From the sequence record PQ464595.1: a stretch of DNA of 64,000 bases. One strand, 5' to 3'. The notes below the pieces were generated by a model. That model saw only the letters and a program-made list of their open reading frames with translations. It made no database searches and was not told the DNA's origin. Made by a program: the position numbers and the translations under genes. This document shows, in pieces, positions 1 to 9,469 of this stretch (positions are counted from its first letter, which is position 1; each line of letters starts with the position of its first letter).

Positions 1-1
1 T

Positions 2-532
2 GATATTTCTAAATTAAGTTTAGAAAAACGATTAGATGAAGGTTTTTGGACACAGAATGATGTGTATGAAAATACTGGTGAATTCAAGCAATTCAAAGAA
101 AAAACTACCACATTTGATGAAGTTAATGGTGTAGTTACTAATACCTACATATATGAATTGATGGATTTAGAAGTAATTAAGACTGATTTAAAAGGTCGTG
201 TTGATTCTAAACGAGACAATGTATATTTCGGTGGTTTTGAATTCAATGGTAAAACATTCTTTTCAGGTCTAAGCAATCGCAGTAATATTCAACTTATGCT
301 ACTATCATCTCTAGTAGATGAAGCAAATTTCCCATCAGATTTAGTATGGGATACAGTTGATGGTGAAAGAATCCCAATGGATTTAGCAACCTTCAAACAA
401 TTTGCTCAAGCACTTGTTGATTTTACTAGAACAATATTCATTAAAACACGTGCTATCAAAGATGCTATCGAAGCTGCTACAGATTACGATTCAATTCGTG
501 CTGCGGCATCGTGGGATGGTGAAGCTCTATAA
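2..532 (+). CDS. Tail-fibre-associated protein, DUF4376-like C-terminus; 5'-truncated by window edge
   Basis: Frame is open from nt 2 (DISKLSLEKRLDEGFW...) into the 62..532 ORF. KRDNVYFGGFEFNGKTF...WDTVDGERIPMD...IKDAIEAA resembles DUF4376 tail-assembly proteins. Confidence 0.6.
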   Translation, partial: DISKLSLEKRLDEGFWTQNDVYENTGEFKQFKEKTTTFDEVNGVVTNTYIYELMDLEVIKTDLKGRVDSKRDNVYFGGFEFNGKTFFSGLSNRSNIQLMLLSSLVDEANFPSDLVWDTVDGERIPMDLATFKQFAQALVDFTRTIFIKTRAIKDAIEAATDYDSIRAAASWDGEAL

Positions 533-536
533 TATT

Positions 537-563
537 AAAAGCCAGGAAACACCTGGCTTTTTT
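537..563 (+). terminator. Intrinsic terminator
   Basis: GCCAGG-AAACA-CCTGGC followed by TTTTTT, just after the stop codon. Confidence 0.8.
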
Positions 564-574
564 ATTTGTTTTTC

Positions 575-582
575 GATAAATA
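575..582 (+). promoter_or_regulatory. T4-like late promoter (GATAAATA)
   Basis: TAAATA core ~30 nt upstream of ATG 615; same core recurs before other structural genes. Confidence 0.6.
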
Positions 583-614
583 TGTTACTTAAGCAATTTT
601 AATAAGGAAAATAT

Positions 615-1367
615 ATGGCTTCATATGTATTAGTTCAAAAAATCAATGATAATTATACTGTTATAAAATTTCTCCCAATCGGTGAATATCTTACTGCTCC
701 AAATTCAGGTTATCCAAATATGCGAGTATTGTATGGTGATAAAAATTATCCAGGAGATAATGTTTATGCTGACACTATGGAAACATATGTCTTGAATAGA
801 ACATCTGCTGGCTTTTGGTTTATGGATTATGTTGAAAGTGGATTGCAAAATATAAATGGTGAAAATCTTGAATTTAGAACGTATTCTCATTCTGAAGATG
901 AGTTTTTTGAAACTGGAAAATTTAAAAAATTAACAGTAATAAGAACAAATTACAATGTTGACCAAGATTTGGATAGTGTAAAAGAGCAGTTAAAAAATTC
1001 CACATTGTGGAAGAAAGATGAAAAGATCAATGTTCCATACACATTTAAATCTAAAGATAATAAAATTACTTTAGAATTTAATATGAGTAATGACGCTCGT
1101 TATAATATTCGTGATGCATATTATCTACAACAAGATATGAAAACTGCCGATATTTCATTTTTCATAGATAATACTCCAATTCGCTTACCTAAAAAATACA
1201 TCAAAGAGTTATTCATTGAAGTTAACGAATTTGTATACAATATTTTAGTAGAGTACCAACGACAAATTTTGAATATTGAGTCTTCAGACAATATATATGA
1301 TGCTCAAGTGAGTGCTGCTTGGGTATATGAAGGTTTTGAAATACCAGAACGCACTATTGCTAACTGA
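615..1367 (+). CDS. Putative tail-fibre-associated protein, DUF4376-like C-terminus
   Basis: 250-aa ORF with AAGGA RBS; C-terminal half echoes the upstream gene; tail-module context. Confidence 0.45.
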   Translation: MASYVLVQKINDNYTVIKFLPIGEYLTAPNSGYPNMRVLYGDKNYPGDNVYADTMETYVLNRTSAGFWFMDYVESGLQNINGENLEFRTYSHSEDEFFETGKFKKLTVIRTNYNVDQDLDSVKEQLKNSTLWKKDEKINVPYTFKSKDNKITLEFNMSNDARYNIRDAYYLQQDMKTADISFFIDNTPIRLPKKYIKELFIEVNEFVYNILVEYQRQILNIESSDNIYDAQVSAAWVYEGFEIPERTIAN

Positions 1368-1374
1368 TTAATTT

Positions 1375-1405
1375 AAGGCTGACTTATGTTGGCCTTTTGT
1401 TTTTT
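1375..1405 (+). terminator. Intrinsic terminator
   Basis: AAGGCTGAC-TTAT-GTTGGCCTT plus T-tract. Confidence 0.7.
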
Positions 1406-1414
1406 GTACCCCAT

Positions 1415-1422
1415 AATAAATA
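1415..1422 (+). promoter_or_regulatory. T4-like late promoter (AATAAATA)
   Basis: TAAATA core upstream of ATG 1454. Confidence 0.6.
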
Positions 1423-1453
1423 CAGGATACAACCATTATCTGAGGAATTTTTA

Positions 1454-3358
1454 ATGAGTGCATATACTATAAAAGGTGCTGAAGGTGTTGTGATAAACAG
1501 TACTTACTTTTTAGAACTACCAAAAGCTCCTACAAAACAAACAACCTACGCTGAACGTGCAGGTATGATTCGTTATAACTCAGAATGGAAAGCATTTGAA
1601 GGTGTAATTGAATTCACAGATGGTTCTCTGAACTATCGTCGTTTCGCTCAACTTGACGAAAACGGTCAACTACAAACTTCCCAATTACCAGATTCCATAA
1701 CAAGTGGTATGCAATGGATTGGTACTTATGCTCCTATTTCTGATGATATTGATCCACCTGTTGACTCTGCGTATACAAAACTTCCCGCTCCAAGTTCTAC
1801 CAATTCTGGTCAGTACTACATTGTTCGTGGGATTTATGACGCTGCTGTAACCCACTTTAGAGCGAATAACCCAACTACTGCTACAGTAACATTCACTCCT
1901 ACAAACCCAAGTTCAGCAGGAAACTGGATTCAAATCAAATATTATATTGATACTGACCCAACAAATACTGCTAATAGAATAGTAGTTGCTGCTTTTGCTC
2001 GTATCGTAACTGCTAGTATTCCAGCTACAGGACATGAAGGATTAGTGTCTTTAGCAAATAATGATTCAAACTTAACTGCTGCTTTTACTTCAGTAGTTGA
2101 TAAAACTGCTGAATTAGGTCTAACCGATGGTGACTGGATTATCAGTACTGGAACAACAAATGTACGTCTTCGTCAGAATCGTGTAAGCGTTAGTGCTGGT
2201 GCTGTATCATTCGATAGAACCTTTATGACTTCTTCAAACCGTCCATTTACTAACAGTTCAGGCACAGTACAAACTATCATAGATAGTATTCTATTACAGG
2301 GTCTACGTCGCACAGGTGACACCATGTACAACGATGGAGGTACTGGTGCTGGTAGGTTAGGTGTGGTTTATGGAACCGCTACAGCCCCTTCTATCGCGTT
2401 TAACAACAATACATTTGATGCTACAACTGATCCAGGTGTGAATCCTGCGTTATGGTCAGACACTACAACTGGTATCTTCCATCCTGCTACTGGCAGTATT
2501 GGTTTATCGGCTAGTGGTACTGAGCGTTTACGTGTTAGTCCTACACAATTAATTGTATATCCAGTAACTTCAAGTACTGCTACTGTTCCGAATATTCTAT
2601 TCTCAGCAACAGGAAACACAGTACTTGGTATGAATGTGAAATCGAACACAATTGATTTCGTTAGCAACAGTGCTGTAAACGTGAGTTTAGCACAAGGCTT
2701 AAGTACTTTCAATGGAAATGTTGTAGTAACTGGAAACACCACTCTAGGTGATGCTAGTACTGATACTTTAACGGTTAATGCTGCTAGTACATTTATAGGA
2801 ACAACCCTATTCAATAATGCAACAAACCGTTTTGCTGTCGGTGCGGTATTAAGTTCAGGTGCTACGTTGTCATTTGAAGGTACTAACACCGCAACAATCA
2901 CTAAAGCTGCTACTGAACTACGTTTCAATATGGATAACTTTAATGATGTATCTGTTTATGATGGAAGTACATTGCGTACTAAGATTAACAGATATGGTAT
3001 TCAATTACCAGTAATTAATCCAATTGATGATGCGGTTGGTGTTGATGGGATGATTGCCTACAGTACTGAACGTAGTACTGTTATTCAAAAGACAAACGGT
3101 ACATGGACAACTGTAGGTTCAGGTGGTGGGGTAGCGACTACTTTCACTACTGCGAATTGGGTCTTGAGTGGTTCATATTATACATATACCATTACTAATC
3201 CTAACATTCAAACTATAGTAGTTCAAGAACTTTCTGGTTCTAACTATAGTCCAGTTGAAGTTGATTCAATAGTAATTTCTCCAACGAATGCTGTACTTTC
3301 AGTACCTGCTTCGCCAGATTTACGTTTCAACGGTCGTGTTATCGTACAATATCAATAA
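1454..3358 (+). CDS. Virion structural protein (tail fibre/baseplate-associated), Thr/Ser/Gly-rich
   Basis: Start moved from TTG 1397 to ATG 1454 (GAGGA RBS, late promoter in between). Beta-rich composition and FNGNVVVTGNTTLGDASTDTLTVNA segment typical of tail fibres. Confidence 0.65.
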   Translation: MSAYTIKGAEGVVINSTYFLELPKAPTKQTTYAERAGMIRYNSEWKAFEGVIEFTDGSLNYRRFAQLDENGQLQTSQLPDSITSGMQWIGTYAPISDDIDPPVDSAYTKLPAPSSTNSGQYYIVRGIYDAAVTHFRANNPTTATVTFTPTNPSSAGNWIQIKYYIDTDPTNTANRIVVAAFARIVTASIPATGHEGLVSLANNDSNLTAAFTSVVDKTAELGLTDGDWIISTGTTNVRLRQNRVSVSAGAVSFDRTFMTSSNRPFTNSSGTVQTIIDSILLQGLRRTGDTMYNDGGTGAGRLGVVYGTATAPSIAFNNNTFDATTDPGVNPALWSDTTTGIFHPATGSIGLSASGTERLRVSPTQLIVYPVTSSTATVPNILFSATGNTVLGMNVKSNTIDFVSNSAVNVSLAQGLSTFNGNVVVTGNTTLGDASTDTLTVNAASTFIGTTLFNNATNRFAVGAVLSSGATLSFEGTNTATITKAATELRFNMDNFNDVSVYDGSTLRTKINRYGIQLPVINPIDDAVGVDGMIAYSTERSTVIQKTNGTWTTVGSGGGVATTFTTANWVLSGSYYTYTITNPNIQTIVVQELSGSNYSPVEVDSIVISPTNAVLSVPASPDLRFNGRVIVQYQ

Positions 3359-3360
3359 CG

Positions 3361-3390
3361 AAAAAAGGGAGCCAATGGCTCCCTTAATTG
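3361..3390. terminator. Terminator between convergent genes
   Basis: AAAAAA-GGGAGCC-AAT-GGCTCCC-TT between 1454..3358(+) and thyA(-). Confidence 0.8.
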
Positions 3391-3391
3391 T

Positions 3392-4324
3392 TTATACAGC
3401 CATTGGTGCTTTAATGGTTGCATCTGGATTGTAGTTTTCTAACCTGAATGATTCCATAGTGAAATCTTCAATATTAGTAATACTCTTATCAATCCATAAT
3501 GTAGGCATTTCACGTGGTTCACGAGAAAGTTGCTCTTGTACAGCATCAACATGGTTCTGATAGATGTGAACATCACCACCAATCCAAATAAATTCACCAA
3601 CTTCTAAATTACATACTTGTGCAAGCATATGAGTTAGTAATGAATAAGAAGCAATATTGAATGGTACGCCCAAGAACAAGTCAGCACTACGTTGATATAG
3701 AGTGCATGATAATTTTCCATCTACTACAAAGAATTGTGAGAATGCATGACAAGGTGGCAATGCCATTTTATCAAGTTCACCGACATTCCAAGCTGAAAGA
3801 ATATGTCTACGAGAATCAGGATTATTTTTCAATCCATCAATCAGTACTTGAATTTGGTCAACAGTACGTTCAAATACCGTGATTCCTTGGTATGAATCAA
3901 AAGCAATTTGTGAATATCCAGCATCCGTATATTCAGAATGGTCAATATATGAAGGAACTACTATATGATCTTTCCAATCCCGCCATTGTTTACCATAAAC
4001 TGGCCCAAGTTCACCATCTGAATATCCTAGAGCAACACCCTGATTTAAGTAGTTGTCAGTCCAGATAGTTTTTTTAGATTCATCACGAGTGCCATGAAGT
4101 ATTTCACATAGTCTACGTTCATCATGTGAACCTTCTAAGAACCATAGAAGTTCTGAACTCATTGCTTTCCATGCTAAACGTTTTGTTGTCGGGGCAGGAA
4201 AATACTCAGAAAGGTCAAACCGCATTGTTTCACCCATGAGTTTAATCGTACCTACACCAGTTCGATCAGTACTGAGAGTACCAAATTCAAGAACTTTTTT
4301 GTATAGATCGTGTAATTGTTGCAT
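3392..4324 (-). CDS. thyA: Thymidylate synthase
   Basis: DRTGVGT, ELLWFL, LGPVYGKQWR, PDSRRHI, ALPPCH (catalytic Cys), YQRSADLFLGVPFNIASY. Confidence 0.97.
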   Translation of the reverse strand: MQQLHDLYKKVLEFGTLSTDRTGVGTIKLMGETMRFDLSEYFPAPTTKRLAWKAMSSELLWFLEGSHDERRLCEILHGTRDESKKTIWTDNYLNQGVALGYSDGELGPVYGKQWRDWKDHIVVPSYIDHSEYTDAGYSQIAFDSYQGITVFERTVDQIQVLIDGLKNNPDSRRHILSAWNVGELDKMALPPCHAFSQFFVVDGKLSCTLYQRSADLFLGVPFNIASYSLLTHMLAQVCNLEVGEFIWIGGDVHIYQNHVDAVQEQLSREPREMPTLWIDKSITNIEDFTMESFRLENYNPDATIKAPMAV

Positions 4325-4655
4325 TCTCTTTCCTTAGAGCGTAATTCTCTTCTTTCAATTGTCTAATAGTACATTGTAAGCTAAGAATCATGTTTTCCAT
4401 GTTATATTGTAATTCAGTTAATTGATTATCAAAGCGTTCTTGTTCATCTTCAACAGCAGTTCGAAGTTCCCGTTTCATTTCTAGTTCATGCTCAGCATGT
4501 AATTCTTCAATACCTTCAGCATGGTCTTTTTCCATTTGTTCGATAATCTTGTCGTACATTTCAGTAGTGCTTTCAGTACCAGCTTCAACACCTTCTTCAT
4601 ATCCAACATCGTAACCAACATCATATTGATCGGGAATTTCTACTATATCTGTCAT
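4287..4655 (-). CDS. Acidic coiled-coil hypothetical protein
   Basis: Start moved to ATG 4655 (TAATG overlap with upstream stop); heptad-like Glu-rich sequence. Confidence 0.6.
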   Translation of the reverse strand: MTDIVEIPDQYDVGYDVGYEEGVEAGTESTTEMYDKIIEQMEKDHAEGIEELHAEHELEMKRELRTAVEDEQERFDNQLTELQYNMENMILSLQCTIRQLKEENYALRKENATITRSIQKSS

Positions 4656-5242
4656 TAGATAAACTTCGCTTCGAATGCTCGTAAGTCTTCTTCTGTGGCA
4701 CGACGAGTACCAATACCTGTCCAACGGCCATGTGGGGCAGGAACAGAATCAACTTGAATGAATTGTTTTGTTTCGTTACAGTACTTATATGTTAACTTAT
4801 CCATAATATCGAAATGATATATTTCTTTATCATCATCATTTAAATCTAAGTACATTTGTACAGCCCATGCTGTTCCACCGTCTAATTGAGTAGGAGATAC
4901 TAATTGACCAATGGTATATACACGTTCAGTACAGTAAATTTGATAGCTATTTCGAGCTAATAGGTTATAAACATATCCCCAACGAGGAACACTACGCCCT
5001 AAAGCTTTATTTGCTAGTTTGAGTTGAACACCTACTTCATTACAAGTAAGCATTTCAAAAGGGAGTTCTAGTACTGTCTCAGGTTTGACATGTGCTTTAT
5101 GACCTTTAAATGAAAAGTGGACTTCTTCATGTCCATTTTCTTCAGCCCACAAACCAAAAAGGCGGTCAGCTCCCGCCGCCCCGCCACTAAAACATACGTT
5201 TTCGAACTCTAACAACATCTCTTGGAGATCATTGCGATTCAT
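4655..5242 (-). CDS. SLOG-superfamily (YspA-like) nucleotide-binding protein
   Basis: CFSGGAAGAD, GGTAWAV and WTGIGTR motifs. Confidence 0.6.
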   Translation of the reverse strand: MNRNDLQEMLLEFENVCFSGGAAGADRLFGLWAEENGHEEVHFSFKGHKAHVKPETVLELPFEMLTCNEVGVQLKLANKALGRSVPRWGYVYNLLARNSYQIYCTERVYTIGQLVSPTQLDGGTAWAVQMYLDLNDDDKEIYHFDIMDKLTYKYCNETKQFIQVDSVPAPHGRWTGIGTRRATEEDLRAFEAKFI

Positions 5243-5537
5243 CTTCTTTATCTTCCAGTTTAGATAATAATTCTTTTATACTATCATCTTCTAAAGAGAA
5301 ACTTGTTTCAAGAGCCGCTAGAATAACGGCTGCTGATTTAATCAGAGATTGACGGAATTCGTCAAACGAAACATGTTTATCAGGTCTAGAAGCACTTTCA
5401 AATAAGTAATACCCAGCTAAACCTGTCCAATCATTTTTCGTTTTAAGATGATCTGCTAAAGTATTTGGGTTGCTCATTTGTTTCAAGCGTTCTTCAATAA
5501 CTAACTGAAGAATTTCTTCCCTACTAACTTTTGACAT
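5229..5537 (-). CDS. Small all-helical protein, possibly MazG-like NTP pyrophosphatase fold
   Basis: EERLKQ...W...E...FRQSLIKSAAVILAALE resembles E-x-x-RQ...ELIQVAAVA MazG-like proteins; degenerate. Confidence 0.35.
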   Translation of the reverse strand: MSKVSREEILQLVIEERLKQMSNPNTLADHLKTKNDWTGLAGYYLFESASRPDKHVSFDEFRQSLIKSAAVILAALETSFSLEDDSIKELLSKLEDKEDESQ

Positions 5538-6217
5538 TATTCACCTTTACGTTCTTTCAATGCTTTTTTGACAAGTTCTACTGCTTTAGCTTGTGAGATA
5601 CCTTCTGGTAGTTCAAGATACAGTGAAGTAGGTTCTTGACTGTCGGCTTCAACTACTGAATCAGATGGTAGTACTACTGCTTGTGCTTGTGGACGTAGAC
5701 TTGGGTCTAGGTTATAAGCACGTTCGCGGTTTTCACGAGCTAGAGTTTCATACTTAGCTGCTTCTTCAAGCAGACGAGAAACGATAGTACCTTGTTCTGG
5801 ATACTGAGTCTGCGATTGTTGTTGTTCGTAAGGGTTGAATGCCTTAACAGTACCGTCTTGTACAACAGCACTTTGGTTAATTTCTTCATTCAATACGTTT
5901 AGAGGAATCTTATTAGATCCACCAACATGCATATCAATATCTAATGTACTTTGTTTACGGATATAGCCCATACGGTGAAGTACGGAAAGCATGTTTCCAC
6001 CTTCTAGGGTTCCGATTTTATCCATTACATCCCATAGTTCAATAGAACTCTGACCACGACCGAGAACAAGCTCAGCAACGCGATTAGAATAAACTTCAGG
6101 TAGAGAGTCACGATAGACTACTAGGCAATGGGATTGATCATTTTCCAGTTGACGCCATACGACGAAAACACGAGATCCAGTACTACGGACTACACCACAA
6201 TGACGTACAATACTCAT
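5537..6217 (-). CDS. Conserved jumbo-phage hypothetical protein
   Basis: 226-aa ORF, TAATG-coupled; HCGVV...HCLVV...GNMLSVLH pattern. Confidence 0.7.
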   Translation of the reverse strand: MSIVRHCGVVRSTGSRVFVVWRQLENDQSHCLVVYRDSLPEVYSNRVAELVLGRGQSSIELWDVMDKIGTLEGGNMLSVLHRMGYIRKQSTLDIDMHVGGSNKIPLNVLNEEINQSAVVQDGTVKAFNPYEQQQSQTQYPEQGTIVSRLLEEAAKYETLARENRERAYNLDPSLRPQAQAVVLPSDSVVEADSQEPTSLYLELPEGISQAKAVELVKKALKERKGE

Positions 6218-6218
6218 A

Positions 6219-6458
6219 TTATTCTCCTTCTACGTCAGAAGCTGTTTGTTCTGCTTGAGCAGCACGAGCTTCTTGATCTGCTAGAATAGCAGCGGAGAAA
6301 TCCTGGAAACGTGAAACGATTGGTGCAACTTCGGATAGTTCTTTAACATTAAAGATACCACGCTCAATTGCTGCTTCCATGATTTTTGTAGCATTGATAA
6401 TATCAATGAATTCTAGTTGTGGTCCAACTACGGTTTCTTCTTGAATTTGATTGCTCAT
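6219..6458 (-). CDS. Conserved jumbo-phage hypothetical protein
   Basis: Start moved to ATG 6458 (GGAG RBS; promoter at 6492-6520); AIERGIF motif. Confidence 0.7.
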   Translation of the reverse strand: MSNQIQEETVVGPQLEFIDIINATKIMEAAIERGIFNVKELSEVAPIVSRFQDFSAAILADQEARAAQAEQTASDVEGE

Positions 6459-6491
6459 TATATACACTCCATGTATTTTTGAATTATCTAT

Positions 6492-6520
6492 ATTATACCA
6501 CAAAAGTGTGGTACGTTCCA
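6492..6520 (-). promoter_or_regulatory. Class B promoter: TGGAAC-N17-TATAAT, extended TGTGG
   Basis: Same geometry at 9441, 25177, 32545 and 41273. Confidence 0.7.
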
Positions 6521-6563
6521 AATATTTGTAAGATCGCCATCCTTGACGACCTTCTATTTAGTA

Positions 6564-7946
6564 TTATGCTGTTTGTTGTTCAAGTTCGTAATGAACCGTG
6601 ACACCAAATGGAGCATCTACTTTAGGGTTTGAATGGATTACAAACAACGTATCACAGTAGTTTGGATCACCCCATGAACCCCAAGGCTCACCATCCGTAA
6701 ACATTACTAATTGTTTTGGACAGTATTCATCGGCTTTCATGAAATCCCACACAGCAGTAAACAATGTACCGCCGCCGCCCCGCACAGGATATTCAAGAAT
6801 TTGTTGTTCTTGTCCAGTACGATAATCATGTACTTCATAGATACTAGTATCAAATGTCAGTACGCGAATTTTGAATTGTGAGAATTGTTTGGTCATACCA
6901 TAAACTTCTGATAAGAAGTCTTGTAACCATTCAGAACGGATACTTCCAGATGCATCAAGTGCGATACAAATGTCAATATCTTCATCAGGTTTCATTCCAG
7001 GATAGATAGGCATCCCATAACCAATACCATTAGACCATGAACGGCGGTTAGGCATCATATAAGTTACGTCATTCTTAATCAAAGAACGTAAAGTGCGGTT
7101 AAGTTTAGTACGCCAATCAATCTTAGGTTCTTTAAAGTCCTGAACCATAGCACGAATTTCTGGTGGAGCACCTTGTGCCATTGCTGCGTTGATCATTGCA
7201 TCTTTGAATGATTCCATGAATCCTTCCAATTCCTCTTGTGAGAAACCAGGAAGATCATCAAATTCCATTCCTTCACCATCACTATTTTCACCATCGTCAT
7301 CATTATCTGATGGAGAACCTTCTTGTGGAATATCGTGTTGGTCTAAAGTACCACCACCAGTTCCTTTACCACCATTACCTGATTCTTCCTGTTCCTTACG
7401 TTCCATAAGGATGTTATAGATTTCTTCTGCTGGCATCTTATCGAAGTCAGGAGAGAATAACCAGGATTTGCGAATTTCACCAAGTGCTTTATCACGTGCG
7501 ATAATTTGGTTAATTGCGAAATCAGCAGCTTTGTTCCACATCTTAGCATCACGTGTACCTTTACGCAAGAAGTGGTTATATGCACAGTGAAGAATTTCAT
7601 GACACACTGCTGCGATTAAGTTCTGTTGAGTTAATCCGTTAAGAGCATCATTAATTTGTTCAGTAGTGAGGTCATCAATACTTTCACGAAGCATATCTTC
7701 ATATTCTTGGCGACGTGAAGGGTCTTCAACACCCATAATGAATTCGACATTGTAGTACAGATGTTTACCATCTACTGCCAATGTACGACACCAAGTATTA
7801 TTAGCTACAGGTTCCAACTGAGCAGCCAGTACTCCAAAGAATGGACAAGCCATAATCATAGTTGTACGTGCCACAATAAGTCTGTCAAAACATTCTTGTG
7901 CTAATTCATCCGATACTTTGTACGGGATACGTTTTTTCTTTGTCAT
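6564..7946 (-). CDS. DUF2201-type HExxH metallopeptidase-like + vWA domain protein
   Basis: CHEILH motif, acidic linker, MIDAS DASGS, RGGGGTLF, MFTDG; start moved to ATG 7946 (GAGGA RBS). Confidence 0.85.
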   Translation of the reverse strand: MTKKKRIPYKVSDELAQECFDRLIVARTTMIMACPFFGVLAAQLEPVANNTWCRTLAVDGKHLYYNVEFIMGVEDPSRRQEYEDMLRESIDDLTTEQINDALNGLTQQNLIAAVCHEILHCAYNHFLRKGTRDAKMWNKAADFAINQIIARDKALGEIRKSWLFSPDFDKMPAEEIYNILMERKEQEESGNGGKGTGGGTLDQHDIPQEGSPSDNDDDGENSDGEGMEFDDLPGFSQEELEGFMESFKDAMINAAMAQGAPPEIRAMVQDFKEPKIDWRTKLNRTLRSLIKNDVTYMMPNRRSWSNGIGYGMPIYPGMKPDEDIDICIALDASGSIRSEWLQDFLSEVYGMTKQFSQFKIRVLTFDTSIYEVHDYRTGQEQQILEYPVRGGGGTLFTAVWDFMKADEYCPKQLVMFTDGEPWGSWGDPNYCDTLFVIHSNPKVDAPFGVTVHYELEQQTA

Positions 7947-7963
7947 AAAATCCTCAAATAACA

Positions 7964-7983
7964 AAAGGGGCATAAGCCCCTTT
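7964..7983 (-). terminator. Hairpin/terminator between AAA and vWA genes
   Basis: AAAGGGGC-ATAA-GCCCCTTT; T-rich flank on the minus strand. Confidence 0.5.
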
Positions 7984-7989
7984 GTTTTA

Positions 7990-9342
7990 TTACTTCAGTG
8001 TACGTGCTTTACGCAGCAGTGGACCATATTTCGTTACGAATGGTTTGAATGCTGGAACTTCTTTATACGTAATGTTTACGTCAGCATCAGTAATAGCACG
8101 AATCGCGTGTACGATAAGTTCTTTTTGAGTTTCAGAGAATTGAGATTCTAAGAATGTCACAAAACTAGTACAGTACAAGCACCAATCATCAAGTGATAAT
8201 TCACCTTTCTGTTTAACTTCGAAGAATTCAATGATTTTCTGAGTAAGACTCAAAGTAATGAAGTAGTTCTTCGAAATTTCTTTCTTGTGATCACCAAAAT
8301 CAGTTACTACGCCTGTCAGAATATCCATTACATCTGGCAGGTCAGCCATGTTTTTGATGTAAGTAATATATTCAATACCAGCAGTACTACCAACACGACC
8401 AGCAACCATTGCTTTGTATACTGGATCAGAAATGCCATGAGAACTACGGACGTTTTGAATGTCAGAAACACGAGTCCATGAACGCGGGGATGAACCACCA
8501 CTATGACTTGTATCTTTCGGACTTAGTGTGTTGAACCATTTAGCACCAGTCTGGTGAATAAATGCGATAGTACCAGGATTCAGACGTTTTGGAATTGCGA
8601 AGTTATTCAGCCAATCAGTATAGTCTGGAATCATTTCTACGTGAGTCATACGGTCACGCAGTGGAGTTGCCAGTGAGAAGGTTACACCACCATCAGTTTC
8701 ACGGTTCCCTGCTGCCAGAATCAAGCAACTATCAGGAAGAATCAGTTCACCAACACGGCGATCAAGAATCAACTGATAAGATGCTGCCTGAACAATTGGC
8801 ATAGCGGAGTTGATTTCATCAAAGATGATAACACCCTGCCAATCACGAGGAAGTTGAAGGATTTTCGGAGCAGCCCATACAACACCAGTTTCTTCAGTGT
8901 ATCCTGGGTTATCAGCCAGTTCATGTTCCAGTACTACTTTACCGTCACGGCTCAGGAAGTACTTAACAGGAATTGGAATACCACGAAGGTCAGAAGGTTC
9001 AACCTGAGACAGACGGAAGTCAATAAAGTTCTCGTCCTGGTCAAGCAGTGAATTGTTGAATGCATGGTAATCAGCCATTGTTACCATTTCATCATCTGGA
9101 TCTTCGGCACGTTGTAGCATATATGCTAAACGGTTAAGATTATTTTTACGCAATGGATATATTTCATTTGCGTATTGAAGGGCAATTGCGGATTTACCAA
9201 TGCCTGGTGAACCCCAAATCATCAAACTATCACGGCACAAATCTGCGACCATCATAGCTTCCATAATTTGAGAAGGTTTTAAATCATATTTTAGGGCGTT
9301 TTCAGTTACTACAGCGTTGCTCATACTCGTTTCTTCTACCAT
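7990..9342 (-). CDS. MoxR-like AAA+ ATPase
   Basis: Walker A WGSPGIGKS, Walker B IIFDEIN, LAAGNRETD, PLRDRM, SPRSW. Start may be ATG 9324. Confidence 0.9.
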   Translation of the reverse strand: MVEETSMSNAVVTENALKYDLKPSQIMEAMMVADLCRDSLMIWGSPGIGKSAIALQYANEIYPLRKNNLNRLAYMLQRAEDPDDEMVTMADYHAFNNSLLDQDENFIDFRLSQVEPSDLRGIPIPVKYFLSRDGKVVLEHELADNPGYTEETGVVWAAPKILQLPRDWQGVIIFDEINSAMPIVQAASYQLILDRRVGELILPDSCLILAAGNRETDGGVTFSLATPLRDRMTHVEMIPDYTDWLNNFAIPKRLNPGTIAFIHQTGAKWFNTLSPKDTSHSGGSSPRSWTRVSDIQNVRSSHGISDPVYKAMVAGRVGSTAGIEYITYIKNMADLPDVMDILTGVVTDFGDHKKEISKNYFITLSLTQKIIEFFEVKQKGELSLDDWCLYCTSFVTFLESQFSETQKELIVHAIRAITDADVNITYKEVPAFKPFVTKYGPLLRKARTLK

Positions 9343-9380
9343 TTGTTGTGTTAAACTACTTAACCAAATCCGTTTGGCAA

Positions 9381-9414
9381 AAAAGAAAGCACTGAGTTGC
9401 GTCAGTGCTTTCTT
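9381..9414 (-). terminator. Strong intrinsic terminator in the AAA-gene leader
   Basis: Minus strand AAGAAAGCACTGA-CGCAAC-TCAGTGCTTTCTT-TTTT. Confidence 0.8.
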
Positions 9415-9440
9415 GCTTCCATTGTTATCTTAACAATTCC

Positions 9441-9469
9441 ATTATACCACAAATTTACTTTCCGTTTCA
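9441..9469 (-). promoter_or_regulatory. Class B promoter: TGAAAC-N17-TATAAT
   Basis: TGTGGTATAAT extended -10 with TGAAAC 17 nt upstream. Confidence 0.65.

Noticed and set aside
2368-2928. 186-aa minus-strand ORF
   Set aside because: Antisense shadow of the structural gene 1454..3358.
3392-4324. ThyA as a base-modifying hydroxymethylase
   Set aside because: It keeps the dUMP-specifying Asn (PFNIASY) and standard folate motifs; no glycosyltransferase or modification genes nearby.
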